Below are positions 18,685-29,105 of a DNA stretch of 64,000 nt, piece by piece. The position numbers and the translations under genes were made by a program. The DNA comes from an uncultured Sphingomonas sp. (GTDB lineage: Bacteria; Pseudomonadota; Alphaproteobacteria; Sphingomonadales; Sphingomonadaceae), in assembly GCF_964244235.1 (NCBI RefSeq), contig NZ_CAXTII010000001.1:2882-66881 (forward strand). Reading direction: 5' to 3'. Each line of letters begins with the position of its first letter. Within the stretch, counting starts at the first letter, position 1. The notes below the pieces were generated by a model, which was not told the origin of the DNA, made no database searches, and saw nothing but the letters and a program-made list of their open reading frames with translations.

Positions 18685-19587
18685 CTATAGCAGTCGATTT
18701 TCGCGATACCATCGCGCGGTGGTTGCCATCGCCTCGGTCGTGGGGGTCTGCGCCGTCCACACATCGGCTGGCGGCGGCAGGTGCGCGGTCCAGTCCGGGT
18801 GACAGAAATACGCGACGCGGTCGGGCGTGAGCTTCGCGCGCGTGCCGCGTACCACCGTATCCGCGCGTGCCAGCGTTCGGAGAAGCGGGCGGGGGAGGGA
18901 CAGGGGCAGCACCGACGTGCCGACCGCACCGCCGATCGCGCGGGCCACGTCCCGGTGGTCCCAGCCGCCGGGCACCCCGTCATCGGGCTCGAGCATCTGG
19001 CGGGATGTCGCGGTCCCCGTCGCCAGCACCAGCAATAGGCGTGCGAGGTCCTCGACGTAGATCAGCGACATCCGACCGCCAGCCGGCGGCAGCGGCATGA
19101 TGCGGTATCGGGCGATGCGGAACAGTTCCAGCATCTCGGTATCGCGCGGCCCGAAGATCGCGGGCGGACGAACGATCGACCAGTCCAGATCGCTGGCCGT
19201 CACGACCTTTTCCGCCCCCGCCTTGGACCAGCCATAAGCGGACAGGCCCGGTTCGCGCGCAGCCAGCGAGGAGACATGGACGAAGCATGCCACGCCCGCC
19301 CGCGACGCGGCAGCAACGATCGCCGCGGTGCCGTCCACATTGCCTGCCGAGAAGCCGGCGCGGTCGGGCGCGTTGACGACGCCGGCCACGTGAACGACCG
19401 CGTCCGCGCCGGCGACCAGCGTATCGAGGCTGTCCGTCCGGTCGAGCGCACCCGCAATCCATTCGACGCCGTCACGCGGTGCCTGCGACCTGCGGGCAAG
19501 CGCGCGGACATGGTGCCCCGCGGCAAGCGCGTAGTCGATCAGATGGCTGCCGACGAACCCGGTGCCCCCCGTGATCGCAAGGATCAC
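18685..19587 (-). CDS. NAD-dependent epimerase/dehydratase-fold reductase (CerR-like candidate)
   Basis: 300 aa with a GTG start. ILAITGGTGFVGSHL is a Rossmann motif. It lies immediately upstream of acp-spt. Confidence 0.72.
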   Translation of the reverse strand: MILAITGGTGFVGSHLIDYALAAGHHVRALARRSQAPRDGVEWIAGALDRTDSLDTLVAGADAVVHVAGVVNAPDRAGFSAGNVDGTAAIVAAASRAGVACFVHVSSLAAREPGLSAYGWSKAGAEKVVTASDLDWSIVRPPAIFGPRDTEMLELFRIARYRIMPLPPAGGRMSLIYVEDLARLLLVLATGTATSRQMLEPDDGVPGGWDHRDVARAIGGAVGTSVLPLSLPRPLLRTLARADTVVRGTRAKLTPDRVAYFCHPDWTAHLPPPADVWTAQTPTTEAMATTARWYRENRLL

Positions 19588-20684
19588 AGCATCACCAGAT
19601 GGCTGCGGTGGACCAATGCGGTGCGCGGCGCATAGCCGAGGATTGCGGCGTGTTCGTCGCTGCGCCGGCCGACCAGTGCCGCCGCGTCCGCGGCATCATA
19701 TTCCGCCAGCCCGCGCGCGATGATGCCGGACGGTCCTTCGACCGCGACGACATCACCGCGCCCGAACTTGCCCTCCACCCGCACAGCGCCTGCCGCCAAC
19801 AGGCTGCCTCCCTTCGCCAGCGCCCCCGCAGCCCCCGCATCGACATGGATAGCGCCCTTCGTGGTCAGTCCGCCGCCAAGCCATGCCTTGCGCGCGGATA
19901 CCTCGCGATCCTCCGCGACGAACAGACTATGGCGGTGATCGCCCGATAGGGGCCGGTCCACTCGGCCGCTAGAGATCGCCAGGTCGATCCCCGCGGCAGT
20001 GGCGATGCGTGCGGCCGCGATCTTGGAAACCATACCGCCCGATCCCATGCCCGAGGCGGAGGCGGTATCCGCCATATGCGCCACCGCGTCGATCCGCTGG
20101 ATCCGCGCGACGTGCATCGCGCCGGGCCCGGCAGGGTTGCGATCGTACAACCCATCGACGTCGGACAGCAGCACGACCCCGCGCGCGCCCGCAGCCTGCG
20201 CGACACGCGCCGCCAGCCGATCATTGTCGCCGAACCGGATTTCCGCCGTCGCCACGCTGTCATTCTCGTTCACCACCGCCACCGCCCGAAGCGCCATCAG
20301 CCGCGCCAGCGTGGCGGAGGCGTTCAGATAGCGCCGCCGATCCTCCAGATCATCGAGCGTGACGAGCATCTGTGCGGCAACCAGCCCCTCCGCCTCCAGC
20401 AACGCCGCCCATACGCCCGCAAGCGCGATCTGCCCGGTGGCCGCCGCGGCCTGGGCATCGTCCAGGCTTGCCCGACCGCCTTTCGCGAGACCGAGACGCC
20501 GTGCACCCAGCGCGATCGCGCCGGATGATACGATGACGACCTGCTGGCCCGCACGCATCCGCCCGGCGATGTCGCGGACCAGCCCCGCCAGCCATTCGCG
20601 CCGTATTTGGCCGTCGGGATCGACGAGCAATGCCGAACCGACCTTGACGACGAGACGGGGGCAGGAAGCGGGGGGGAAAATCAT
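19584..20684 (-). CDS. proB: Glutamate 5-kinase
   Basis: RLVVKVGSALLVD and a C-terminal PUA-like region. The track ORF is extended to 20906. The first plausible ATG gives MIFPPASCPRLVV. Confidence 0.9.
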   Translation of the reverse strand: MIFPPASCPRLVVKVGSALLVDPDGQIRREWLAGLVRDIAGRMRAGQQVVIVSSGAIALGARRLGLAKGGRASLDDAQAAAATGQIALAGVWAALLEAEGLVAAQMLVTLDDLEDRRRYLNASATLARLMALRAVAVVNENDSVATAEIRFGDNDRLAARVAQAAGARGVVLLSDVDGLYDRNPAGPGAMHVARIQRIDAVAHMADTASASGMGSGGMVSKIAAARIATAAGIDLAISSGRVDRPLSGDHRHSLFVAEDREVSARKAWLGGGLTTKGAIHVDAGAAGALAKGGSLLAAGAVRVEGKFGRGDVVAVEGPSGIIARGLAEYDAADAAALVGRRSDEHAAILGYAPRTALVHRSHLVML

Positions 20685-20715
20685 TTCGATCGCGTTAGCG
20701 CGCTCGGCGCGCGGA

Positions 20716-21273
20716 TCAATCGCGCGCGAAAATTTCGTCATGAGGGACGCTGAGGGCCAACGACGGCAATGCGACATCGACGGGGCCTTGATGACGGATG
20801 TCGGACCACCCATGCACTTCGGTTCGCTGGACGATGCGCAACCGCTCCACGGCGATGTCGACGAACACGATGGTATCAACGCTGGCAAGCGCCTTATACT
20901 CGTCAAGCTTCATACGCAGATCGGTGCGCGCGGTGCCGGCGGATAGCACCTCGAACAGGATGCGGGGGTCGTCGAACGCTTTCAGCTGATCATTGGACGC
21001 GTTTCCACGATCACAAAATACGCTGACGTCGGGGTAACGGATCGACCGGTCATGGGTCTGTATTGCCATGTCGGAGTTGTAAGACCGACAGCCGGTTCCG
21101 CGAAGTGCTACGCGCAGGAAAGCGAAGATATTGCCCTGAACGTCTGCATGCCGCGCCGTGCCGCCAGCCATCATCCGGATGATACCGTTATCGAGTTCGG
21201 CCTTACGGTCACCGAAATCGATCTCGAGGAACTCCTCGGCCGTCAGCAAAGGATAGATCGGTTCGCTCGCCAT
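20716..21273 (-). CDS. Uma2 (DUF820) family endonuclease
   Basis: 185 aa with EFLEIDFGDRKAELDNGIIRMMAGGTARH...YPDVSVF, a PD-(D/E)xK-like pattern of the Uma2 family. Confidence 0.78.
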   Translation of the reverse strand: MASEPIYPLLTAEEFLEIDFGDRKAELDNGIIRMMAGGTARHADVQGNIFAFLRVALRGTGCRSYNSDMAIQTHDRSIRYPDVSVFCDRGNASNDQLKAFDDPRILFEVLSAGTARTDLRMKLDEYKALASVDTIVFVDIAVERLRIVQRTEVHGWSDIRHQGPVDVALPSLALSVPHDEIFARD

Positions 21274-21303
21274 AAATATCTTATATCACGAAGGTGTACT
21301 CGT

Positions 21304-22350
21304 TCAAACCGGCGACCATTCGATCGCGTCTTCGCCTTCGTCGTCCGCGGGCACGGCATCCGGCGCGGGGCCGATCGCCTCGATCAGCGTGTCCAGCGCC
21401 CAATCCACGCCGGTCCCGCTGACGCCGGAGATCGGGATCACGTCGGTGCCGCTCGCTTCGGCCAGTTCCCTGGTCAGGACCTCGATCAGCTCGTCATCCA
21501 GCGTGTCGATCTTGTTCAGCGCGACGACGACCGGCTTGTCGATCAGCCCGGCACCGTAATTCTCCAGCTCGTCGCGTACGATCCGGTACGATTCGCCGAC
21601 ATTCTCGTCGTTCGCATCGACCAGATGGAGCAGCACGCGGCAGCGTTCGATATGGCCCAGGAAGCGGTCGCCGATCCCCGCGCCTTCGGCCGCACCCTCG
21701 ATCAGGCCGGGAATGTCCGCGACGACGAACTCGCGGCTCTTGTGGCTGACGACGCCCAACTGCGGTCGGGTGGTGGTGAAGGCATATTCGCCGACCTTGG
21801 CCTGCGCGTTGGTCACTTGGTTGATGAAGGTCGACTTGCCCGCATTGGGCAGCCCGACGAGCCCGGCATCGGCCAGCAGTTTCAACCGAAGCCATATCCA
21901 CGCTTCCTCGCATGGCCAGCCGGTGCCGTGCTGGCGCGGCGCGCGGTTGGTGGAGGTCTTGTAGCTGGCATTGCCGCGCCCGCCGTCACCGCCACGCATG
22001 AAGATCTCGCGCTGTCCGACCCGGGTGAAGTCGAGCAGGATATCCTCGCGGTCCTCGGACAGGATTTGCGTGCCCACCGGCACCCTGATGACCAGATCGT
22101 CGCCGCCCGCACCGGTTCGGTTCTGTCCCGATCCGCCGCTGCCGCGCGGTGCACGGAAATGCTGCGTATAGCGGAAATCGATCAGCGTGTTCAGCCCGGC
22201 GACCGCCTCGAACACGATATCGCCGCCCTTGCCGCCGTTGCCGCCGTTCGGGCCACCATATTCGATGAATTTTTCGCGCCGGAAACTGACGGCCCCGGGG
22301 CCGCCGGAGCCGGAACTGACGAAGATCTTCGCTTGGTCGAGGAAATGCAT
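21304..22350 (-). CDS. obgE: GTPase Obg/CgtA
   Basis: MHFLDQAKIFVSSGSGGPG, the GGNGGKGGDIVF glycine-rich Obg fold and the P-loop GLPNAGKST. Confidence 0.95.
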   Translation of the reverse strand: MHFLDQAKIFVSSGSGGPGAVSFRREKFIEYGGPNGGNGGKGGDIVFEAVAGLNTLIDFRYTQHFRAPRGSGGSGQNRTGAGGDDLVIRVPVGTQILSEDREDILLDFTRVGQREIFMRGGDGGRGNASYKTSTNRAPRQHGTGWPCEEAWIWLRLKLLADAGLVGLPNAGKSTFINQVTNAQAKVGEYAFTTTRPQLGVVSHKSREFVVADIPGLIEGAAEGAGIGDRFLGHIERCRVLLHLVDANDENVGESYRIVRDELENYGAGLIDKPVVVALNKIDTLDDELIEVLTRELAEASGTDVIPISGVSGTGVDWALDTLIEAIGPAPDAVPADDEGEDAIEWSPV

Positions 22351-22479
22351 GGCGTGCGCGGCCTACCGCTTTAGCGCAGCTAAAGCGAGGCTCCAGCGCA
22401 CGCCCGGACGGCCTCGCCCATGCGAGGACCGACGACGCGGCTTTGCCGCGGCGTCTCGTACGCCAAAGAAGAAGCGCGG

Positions 22480-22501
22480 CCCCGGATCAAGTCCGGGGTG
22501 A
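22480..22501. repeat. Solo copy of the CCCCGGATCAAGTCCGGGGTGA hairpin repeat
   Basis: It has the same 22-mer as the right arm of the element at 61699..61804. It is internally palindromic (CCCCGGA/TCCGGGG). Confidence 0.85.
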
Positions 22502-22535
22502 TGAAGAAAGGCCGCGGCGCTGCGTCGATCCTGGA

Positions 22536-23129
22536 TCACCGCTTCGCCAGCAAGGCCTCCAGCGCCAACGCCCGCGCCTTGTCCCGCGGCAACCCGAGCG
22601 CCCGCGCCATCGGCGCGCCAAGCAGCGCATCCCCCAGCGCCATCAGCACCAGCTGCAGCGTCTCCTCATGGATCGATCGCTCACCCTCGCTATGCCCCTC
22701 GGCCAGCTCATCGACCAGATCGTGGATCGCGGTCAGGATCGGGTCGAGCGCATCTTCGTTGCCCGACAGGATCATCCAGCTGGCGAGCGCGCCGGCACCA
22801 CCCCTGCCGAACGCGTCGAACGTCAGGTCGACGACCTCGCCGGGGTCCTGGTCGCCGGCGCGGGTCCGCAACACCGCCGCGCCGATCGTCCCGACGATCC
22901 CCTGCGCCATCCGTGCGATCAGCGCTTTCTGCAATCCGGCAGCAGACCCGAAATGGTGAAGCAGATTGGCGTGCGTCCGCCCGATCCGCGCCGCGACGGC
23001 TTTGAGCGTGACCGCCTGCGGCCCGTGCTCGACCAACAGCGACCGCGCCGCGTCTAGCGCGGCGTCGCGCGAGTCCTCGGGCGACAGGCGGCGGCGCGGA
23101 ACAGGAGCGGGGGCAAGAGCGGCGGTCAT
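22536..23129 (-). CDS. TetR/AcrR family transcriptional regulator
   Basis: The HTH is VTLKAVAARIGRTHANLLHHFGS. Confidence 0.85.
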   Translation of the reverse strand: MTAALAPAPVPRRRLSPEDSRDAALDAARSLLVEHGPQAVTLKAVAARIGRTHANLLHHFGSAAGLQKALIARMAQGIVGTIGAAVLRTRAGDQDPGEVVDLTFDAFGRGGAGALASWMILSGNEDALDPILTAIHDLVDELAEGHSEGERSIHEETLQLVLMALGDALLGAPMARALGLPRDKARALALEALLAKR

Positions 23130-23172
23130 CTGCCCATCGCTGTCGGATTTTTACCGCGCCGTGACAAGCCGG

Positions 23173-23721
23173 TTACGCCGCGAGCGGCATCGCACCCGGT
23201 CGGTCGTCATTGTCCAAGTCCAGTTCGACCTTCGTGCACGCGACATCTCGCCCGCGGGCGCGGCAGAATTGCGGTTCCGTCCGCCCGGTATGGCGAAAGC
23301 CCAGCTTTGTCAGCACGCGACCGGATGCGGGATTGTCGATGTAGAACCCCGCCTTCAGGCGGTTGAGCCCCAGCGCATGGCGAGCAATCTGCAACATCTG
23401 CCGCCCCGCTTCTGTGGCATAGCCGCGTCCCCAGACATCGGGCGTCAGCCAATAGCCCAGTTCATGCCGGTCGCCCTCGGGGTGAAGTCCGATGCAGCCG
23501 ACAAGCCGCGGCGCCGGCCCGTCGGGAATGGTGATGAGCATCACGACGTCGTCGACCGTCCGCGATCGCGCGAGAAACGCCGCGGCATCGTCGATCGTGT
23601 AAGGCCATGGCGCGTGAGAAATCTTCGTCACGATGCTTTCATGCGCGATCGCCTTCGCCAAATCAGGGGCATCCTCCGGCCAGCCCGGCCGCAGCGTCAG
23701 TCTCTTCGTGCGCGCGAACAT
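23173..23721 (-). CDS. GNAT family N-acetyltransferase (RimJ/RimL-like)
   Basis: MFARTKRLTLRPGWPEDAPDL...GYWLTPDVWGRGYATEA. The track ORF is over-extended to 23883. Confidence 0.8.
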   Translation of the reverse strand: MFARTKRLTLRPGWPEDAPDLAKAIAHESIVTKISHAPWPYTIDDAAAFLARSRTVDDVVMLITIPDGPAPRLVGCIGLHPEGDRHELGYWLTPDVWGRGYATEAGRQMLQIARHALGLNRLKAGFYIDNPASGRVLTKLGFRHTGRTEPQFCRARGRDVACTKVELDLDNDDRPGAMPLAA

Positions 23722-23804
23722 ATCCGCTTCCTCCTCGTCGCGTCGCGTCGCCGCTGCCACTTCGGAATGACGGGGCCGCGACAACGCATTGGGGAGGGAG
23801 CAAT

Positions 23805-23835
23805 AAAAAAGGGAGCCGGGGCGGACCCGTCTCCC
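23805..23835 (-). terminator. Rho-independent terminator downstream of rpmA
   Basis: The minus strand reads GGGAGACGGGTCCGCCCCGGCTCCC followed by TTTTTT. This is an imperfect GC-rich hairpin plus a T-run. Confidence 0.55.
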
Positions 23836-23902
23836 TGACTGGCTGGTCCGCTTGCGCGGAACCCGGGTCGCCCTGGTGGGCAACCCGTCTGGTTACCCGA
23901 TG

Positions 23903-24178
23903 TTATTCGGCCGCGATCGCCATGTCCTGGATATCGACCGAACAGAATTTGCGGCCCATCTTGCCTTCCTTGAACGACACACGACCGTCGGCCAGTGCGA
24001 ACAAGGTGTGGTCGGTACCGATGCCGACATTGGAACCCGGATAGAATTTGGTGCCGCGCTGGCGCACGAGAATGTTGCCCGCGACCACTTCCTGGCCACC
24101 GAACTTCTTCACGCCGAGGCGACGACCGGCCGAATCGCGACCGTTGCGCGACGAACCGCCTGCTTTCTTATGTGCCAT
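23903..24178 (-). CDS. rpmA: 50S ribosomal protein L27
   Basis: [28 protein letters not shown]. Confidence 0.97.
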   Translation of the reverse strand: MAHKKAGGSSRNGRDSAGRRLGVKKFGGQEVVAGNILVRQRGTKFYPGSNVGIGTDHTLFALADGRVSFKEGKMGRKFCSVDIQDMAIAAE

Positions 24179-24191
24179 CCGAAGCTACTCC

Positions 24192-24536
24192 CTATGCCTG
24201 GGCAGCCGGGGCATCGCCCTCGGTGCTCTTGGCGGTATGACCACCGACACTGACGATCTTCAGGATCGTATGCTGCTGGCGGTGGCCGTTCTTGCGGCGA
24301 TAATTGTGACGGCGACGCTTCTTGAACACGATGACCTTGTCGGCCTTCGCCTGCGCGACGATCTCGGCGGCGACGGTGAAGCCTTCGACCGACTGCATCT
24401 CGGCACCTTCGCCTGCAAGCAATACGTCGCCCAGCGTCACCGACGCGCCTGCATCACCGTCGATCTTCTCGACGACGATCTTGTCTCCGGCGGCGACGCG
24501 ATATTGCTTGCCGCCCGTGCGCACGACTGCGAACAT
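24192..24536 (-). CDS. rplU: 50S ribosomal protein L21
   Basis: [25 protein letters not shown]. The track ORF is over-extended to 24638. Confidence 0.95.
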   Translation of the reverse strand: MFAVVRTGGKQYRVAAGDKIVVEKIDGDAGASVTLGDVLLAGEGAEMQSVEGFTVAAEIVAQAKADKVIVFKKRRRHNYRRKNGHRQQHTILKIVSVGGHTAKSTEGDAPAAQA

Positions 24537-24656
24537 GGCCCTGATCACTTTCAAAAATTCATAGCCCGGCAGGATTCGGATGACCCCGTCCGGAAAGAGG
24601 TGCCGGCTAAGGGACGAGTGGCGGCTTGTCAACCACAAGCCCCAGAGTTCGCCTGC

Positions 24657-25055
24657 TCAGTGGCGGTGTTGTTGCCGCAAACGATAGCGGCCATCGGCAT
24701 AGCCGGTGAACAGCCCCGATATAGCCGGATGATCGACCGGCTCGTCGCTTTCGTCGGCCACGAGATTCTGTTGGCTGACGTATGCGACGTAGCTCGACTC
24801 CATATTCTCGGCGAGCAGATGATAGAAAGGCTGATCCCGTTTCGGACGGATACCCTCCGGGATCGCCTCATACCATTCCTCGCTGTTTGCGAAAACCGGA
24901 TCGACATCGAAGATCACGCCGCGAAAATCGAACATCCGGTGGCGAACGACATCACCGATCGAGAAACGGGCGTGCGCGATCGGCGGCGCATCAAGCGCTC
25001 CGCGTGAACCGGTGGCGCTGAAACTGATAACATCGTGACTGGGCATGCAACCCAT
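24657..25055 (-). CDS. hspQ: Heat shock protein HspQ (YccV hemimethylated-DNA-binding domain)
   Basis: [25 protein letters not shown]...PFYHLLAEN, which resembles E. coli HspQ as I recall it. Confidence 0.82.
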   Translation of the reverse strand: MGCMPSHDVISFSATGSRGALDAPPIAHARFSIGDVVRHRMFDFRGVIFDVDPVFANSEEWYEAIPEGIRPKRDQPFYHLLAENMESSYVAYVSQQNLVADESDEPVDHPAISGLFTGYADGRYRLRQQHRH

Positions 25056-25191
25056 CTAATCCTTGTTTTGCATCGCACAAGCCGTGAACCGACCGCGCGA
25101 TCGTCGCCGCTGCTTGCACGCCCCGAATGCTTGCGATAGGGGCACGCCCTCGACCGACCGGCCCCGTTCGCGGTGCCGCGAAATCCCTCGC

Positions 25192-25281
<90 letters not shown>

Positions 25282-25784
25282 ATTTGCTCGGTAAATCTGT
25301 CATCGCTTGCGCCCCTCTGGACAAGCGCGCTGGCGGGCGCGACGACTGGACGATGTGCGGAACTGGCGCTGCTATGGCGCGCGGAGAACCGTGGTTCGGC
25401 TTCGACGCGCCAGGCGACCTGCCAAGGCCTGCCGCCGGAAATCCTGCTGGTCCCGCTGCCGGGCCACACCTGAGGTGAGGCCGGGGTCGCGGTCCGCCAA
25501 GACGATGGCCGGCGGTTGCTTCATGTCGGCGATGCCTATTTCTACCGGCGAAATGCGCGGTGCGCGGCGCAAATGCACGCCGGGGCTACGCGCCTATCGG
25601 CGGCTGATGGATTCAGATTTCGCCAGTCGCGTCCGGAACCAGGAACGGCTGCGAACGCTATCGATCGAGCGGTGAGAACGCGGTGACCGTAACATGCACG
25701 CACGATCCGGTCGACTCGAACGGTGCCAGGCCGGGCAACCGCTGTGACCCGACATCCTGTCTTCACACCAAGGAGCAACAAACC

Positions 25785-26309
25785 ATGGCAACAAAGCACG
25801 ACGTCCTTCGCGAACTCTTCATTACCGGCCTTCGGAATGTGCATGCAGTCGAGCATCAGGCATTGTCGATCATGACGCCGCAAGTCGCGCGGATCGAGCA
25901 TTATCCCGAGGTCGCCGACCGCCTCCGCCTCCACATCGAGGAGACGAACGGCCAGATCGCACGGCTGGACGAGATTCTCGCGGCCTTCGATACCAGCGGT
26001 TCGACGCTCAAGGACACCGCGCTCGGCCTTTCGGGGAGCATGGCCGCGATCGCGCATACCGTCGCCGGCGACGAGATCGTGAAGAACAGCTTCGCCAACT
26101 ACGCGTTCGAGCATTTCGAGATCGCCAGCTACAAGTCGTTGCTGGTGCTGGCCGAGGATGGCGGTTTCGTCCAGGCGACCCCGCTGCTGCAGAAATCGCT
26201 CGGCGAGGAGGAAGACATGGCGCGGTGGATCGGCGAAGCGCTGCCGATGGTCACGCGCCGTTATGCTTCGCTCTATGCCGAGCATGGGTCAGGCACCGCC
26301 AAGGCGTAG
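25785..26309 (+). CDS. Ferritin-like DUF892 (YciE/YciF-type) stress protein
   Basis: MATKHDVLRELFITGLRNVHAVEHQALSIM, preceded by AAGGAG. The track ORF is extended upstream to 25683. Confidence 0.82.
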   Translation: MATKHDVLRELFITGLRNVHAVEHQALSIMTPQVARIEHYPEVADRLRLHIEETNGQIARLDEILAAFDTSGSTLKDTALGLSGSMAAIAHTVAGDEIVKNSFANYAFEHFEIASYKSLLVLAEDGGFVQATPLLQKSLGEEEDMARWIGEALPMVTRRYASLYAEHGSGTAKA

Positions 26310-26576
26310 GAGGTGCGGTCGCCTCGACGCCCGGCTAATCCCGATCGACGGGAATGCGAAGTTCGAACAGCTTCGTGCCGGGCGGCGGGGGGTGGGCGAC
26401 ACCGCGACGACATTGGGCAAATCGCTCGCGATCCTGCATGGGATCGAGGGGAGCCTTGCCAACGGCCTGTGATCCACGGTGTCGCGTCGGTCGTTACAGC
26501 AGTACGGACCTGCTTTGATGCTCTGGAAGCGGGGCGTGATTGGTAGCGTCGTCGCCACCCACCAAAGGAATGGACC

Positions 26577-26672
26577 ATGACGATCAAGCGCGTACGCAAG
26601 GTGGTCTTCCCCATCGCGGGACTGGGCACGCGCTTCCTGCCGGTGACCAGGGCGATGCCGGAGGAGATGCTG
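26577..26672 (+). pseudogene. N-terminal fragment of UTP-glucose-1-phosphate uridylyltransferase (galU remnant)
   Basis: [32 protein letters not shown] matches the GalU N-terminal nucleotide-binding motif. After this point the ORF turns into Arg-rich nonsense. Confidence 0.6.
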
Positions 26673-26712
26673 ACGTCGCGTCAAGACCGCAGGCCCGCTG
26701 ACCGGCTTCGGC

Positions 26713-27153
26713 ATGGAGATCAAGAATTCGACCGGCGGCCATATCAACGGCCTGGCGTTCGACTCCGGTCCAGACATGCAACGGGCCGACGTGCTGCATT
26801 TCTTCGGGACCTGCAGCAAGGTCACGGGGTCGAACATTGCGGTCCAGAGCAGTGACGATTCGCTATCGTTCACGTCCGAAAATCAGGAAAAATCAGGAAT
26901 CGACCGATGCGCTTATGGAACGCATCACGCTAACGACCTGACGCTGATTCAGCAAATCCGCGTGCTGACCGTGGCAGGAAATGCGCCCGCACGCGGTTTT
27001 TCCGCGGTGCTGGTGTCGCTGCTTATCCCGACGCGGACCGATGCGGACACGATCGAGACGCGCGACGTGAACTACGCCACATCCTCCGGCTTCGACATCG
27101 GCGCGGTCGGAGTCATCCTGATCCTGATCGCATTCTATGCGACATGGTGGTGA
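26713..27153 (+). pseudogene. Probable gene remnant (beta-helix-like fragment plus C-terminal TM tail)
   Basis: [46 protein letters not shown] looks like a few coils of a parallel beta-helix glycanase. It has no credible N-terminus and is followed by a tandem AAATCAGGA duplication. Confidence 0.3.
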
Positions 27154-27259
27154 TCCGGACGATCAGGCTCCCTCGCCTATTGCGTTATCGCTTAGTGCCA
27201 TGACCTATAAGCTTAATCCGTAATTCCTGCGCTCTGGCTCCATCGATCACGAGGTCAAG

Positions 27260-29050
27260 ATGTCCGACACCCCAACGCTCCGCAGCAAGGCGTGGTTCGA
27301 CAATCCCGCCAATGTCGACATGACCGCGCTGTATATCGAACGCTATCTGAACTTCGGGCTCAGCCAGACTGAGCTTCAATCCGGCCGGCCGATCATCGGG
27401 ATCGCGCAGACGGGCAGCGACCTCAGCCCGTGCAACCGCCATCATCTGGTACTGGCCGAGCGCGTGCGTGAGGGGATTCGCGACGCGGGCGGGATCGCGA
27501 TCGAATTCCCCGTCCACCCCATCCAGGAAACCGGCAAGCGCCCGACCGCGGCGCTCGACCGCAACCTGGCCTATCTCAGCCTGGTCGAGACGCTTTACGG
27601 GTATCCCCTGGACGGCGTGGTGTTGACGATCGGCTGCGACAAGACGACACCCGCCTGCCTGATGGCGGCGGCGACGGTGAACACCCCGGCGATCGCGCTG
27701 TCGGTCGGCCCGATGCTGAACGGCTGGCACAAGGGCAAGCGCACCGGCTCGGGCACGATCGTCTGGAAGGCGCGCGAAATGCTGGCGGCGGGCGAGATCG
27801 ATGCGGCGGGCTTCGTAAAGCTCGTGGCCTCGTCCGCGCCGTCGACCGGATATTGCAACACGATGGGCACCGCGACGACGATGAACAGCCTTGCCGAGGC
27901 GCTGGGGATGCAGCTGCCCGGATCGGCGGCGATCCCTGCGCCGTACCGTGACCGGCAGGAAATGGCCTATGAGACGGGCAAGCGGATCGTCGAGATGGTG
28001 CGTGAGGATCTGAAGCCGTCCGACATCATGACGCGCCACGCCTTTCTGAACGCCATCCGGGTCAATTCCGCGATCGGCGGATCGACCAACGCGCCGATCC
28101 ATCTTGTCGCCATCGCCCGGCACATCGGGGTCGAACTGTCGATCGACGATTGGCAGGAGCATGGCCTCGACGTACCGCTGCTCGTCAACCTGCAGCCGGC
28201 GGGCGAATATCTGGGCGAGGATTTCTATCACGCGGGTGGTGTGCCTGCGGTGGTCGCGCAGCTGATCGAACAGGGACTGATCGCCGAGGACGTGATGACG
28301 GCGAACGGCCGGACCATCGGCGAGAATTGCCGCGGCGTTGCCATCGAGGACGAACGGGTCATCCGCCCCTTCGCCACGCCGTTGAAGGAGGCGGCGGGCT
28401 TCGTCGTGCTGCGCGGCAATCTGTTCGACGCCGCGATCATGAAGACCAGCGTGATCTCGCCCGAGTTCCGCGCCCGCTATCTGACGAACCCCGACGACCC
28501 CGAAGCGTTCGAGGGGCCGGCGATCGTGTTCGACGGACCGGAGGATTATCACCGCCGGATCGACGACCCCGCGCTCGGCATTACCACCGAGACGCTGATG
28601 TTCATGCGCGGCGCGGGGCCGATCGGCTATCCCGGCGGCGCGGAGGTCGTGAACATGCGCCCGCCCGCCTATCTGATCCGCGAGGGCATCCATGCGCTGC
28701 CCTGCATCGGCGACGGGCGGCAATCGGGCACGAGCGGGTCGCCGTCGATCCTGAACGCGTCGCCGGAGGCGGCGGCTATAGGCGGGCTGGCGCTCCTTCG
28801 GACGGGCGACCGCGTGCGGATCGACCTTGGCCGCGGGACCGCCGATGTGCTGATCCCCGATGACGAACTGGCCGAACGTCGCCGCATCCTGGTCGAGGCC
28901 GGCGGGTATCGATATCCCGAATCGCAGACGCCGTGGCAGCAGATCCAGCGATCGCTGGTCGGCCAGTTCGATACCGGCGCGATCCTCGAAGGGGCAGAAA
29001 CCTATCAGCGGGTCGCGCAGACCCGCGGCCTGCCGCGTGACAGCCACTGA
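27260..29050 (+). CDS. IlvD/Edd family sugar-acid dehydratase (arabinonate/xylonate/galactonate type)
   Basis: 596 aa with RSKAWFDNP...[33 protein letters not shown] and [10 protein letters not shown]. Confidence 0.9.
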   Translation: MSDTPTLRSKAWFDNPANVDMTALYIERYLNFGLSQTELQSGRPIIGIAQTGSDLSPCNRHHLVLAERVREGIRDAGGIAIEFPVHPIQETGKRPTAALDRNLAYLSLVETLYGYPLDGVVLTIGCDKTTPACLMAAATVNTPAIALSVGPMLNGWHKGKRTGSGTIVWKAREMLAAGEIDAAGFVKLVASSAPSTGYCNTMGTATTMNSLAEALGMQLPGSAAIPAPYRDRQEMAYETGKRIVEMVREDLKPSDIMTRHAFLNAIRVNSAIGGSTNAPIHLVAIARHIGVELSIDDWQEHGLDVPLLVNLQPAGEYLGEDFYHAGGVPAVVAQLIEQGLIAEDVMTANGRTIGENCRGVAIEDERVIRPFATPLKEAAGFVVLRGNLFDAAIMKTSVISPEFRARYLTNPDDPEAFEGPAIVFDGPEDYHRRIDDPALGITTETLMFMRGAGPIGYPGGAEVVNMRPPAYLIREGIHALPCIGDGRQSGTSGSPSILNASPEAAAIGGLALLRTGDRVRIDLGRGTADVLIPDDELAERRRILVEAGGYRYPESQTPWQQIQRSLVGQFDTGAILEGAETYQRVAQTRGLPRDSH

Positions 29051-29105
29051 CACCACGGCGGGGTACCGCGCCCGCGCGTCGGACCGGACCTACGCAGGCG
29101 TTCGC

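Noticed and set aside
25307-25675. 122-aa ORF just after tRNA-Ser as a possible integrase remnant
   Set aside because: The translation is Arg-rich with no tyrosine-recombinase motifs (no R..HxxR..Y pattern). It partly overlaps the tRNA shadow.
26289-26873. 194-aa minus-strand ORF in the decayed region
   Set aside because: It has no motifs and overlaps the galU fragment on the other strand. Its composition is consistent with non-coding sequence.
27185-29056. 623-aa minus-strand ORF
   Set aside because: It mirrors the IlvD/Edd dehydratase gene exactly. It has no recognisable domains and an extreme Arg/Asp/Gly composition.
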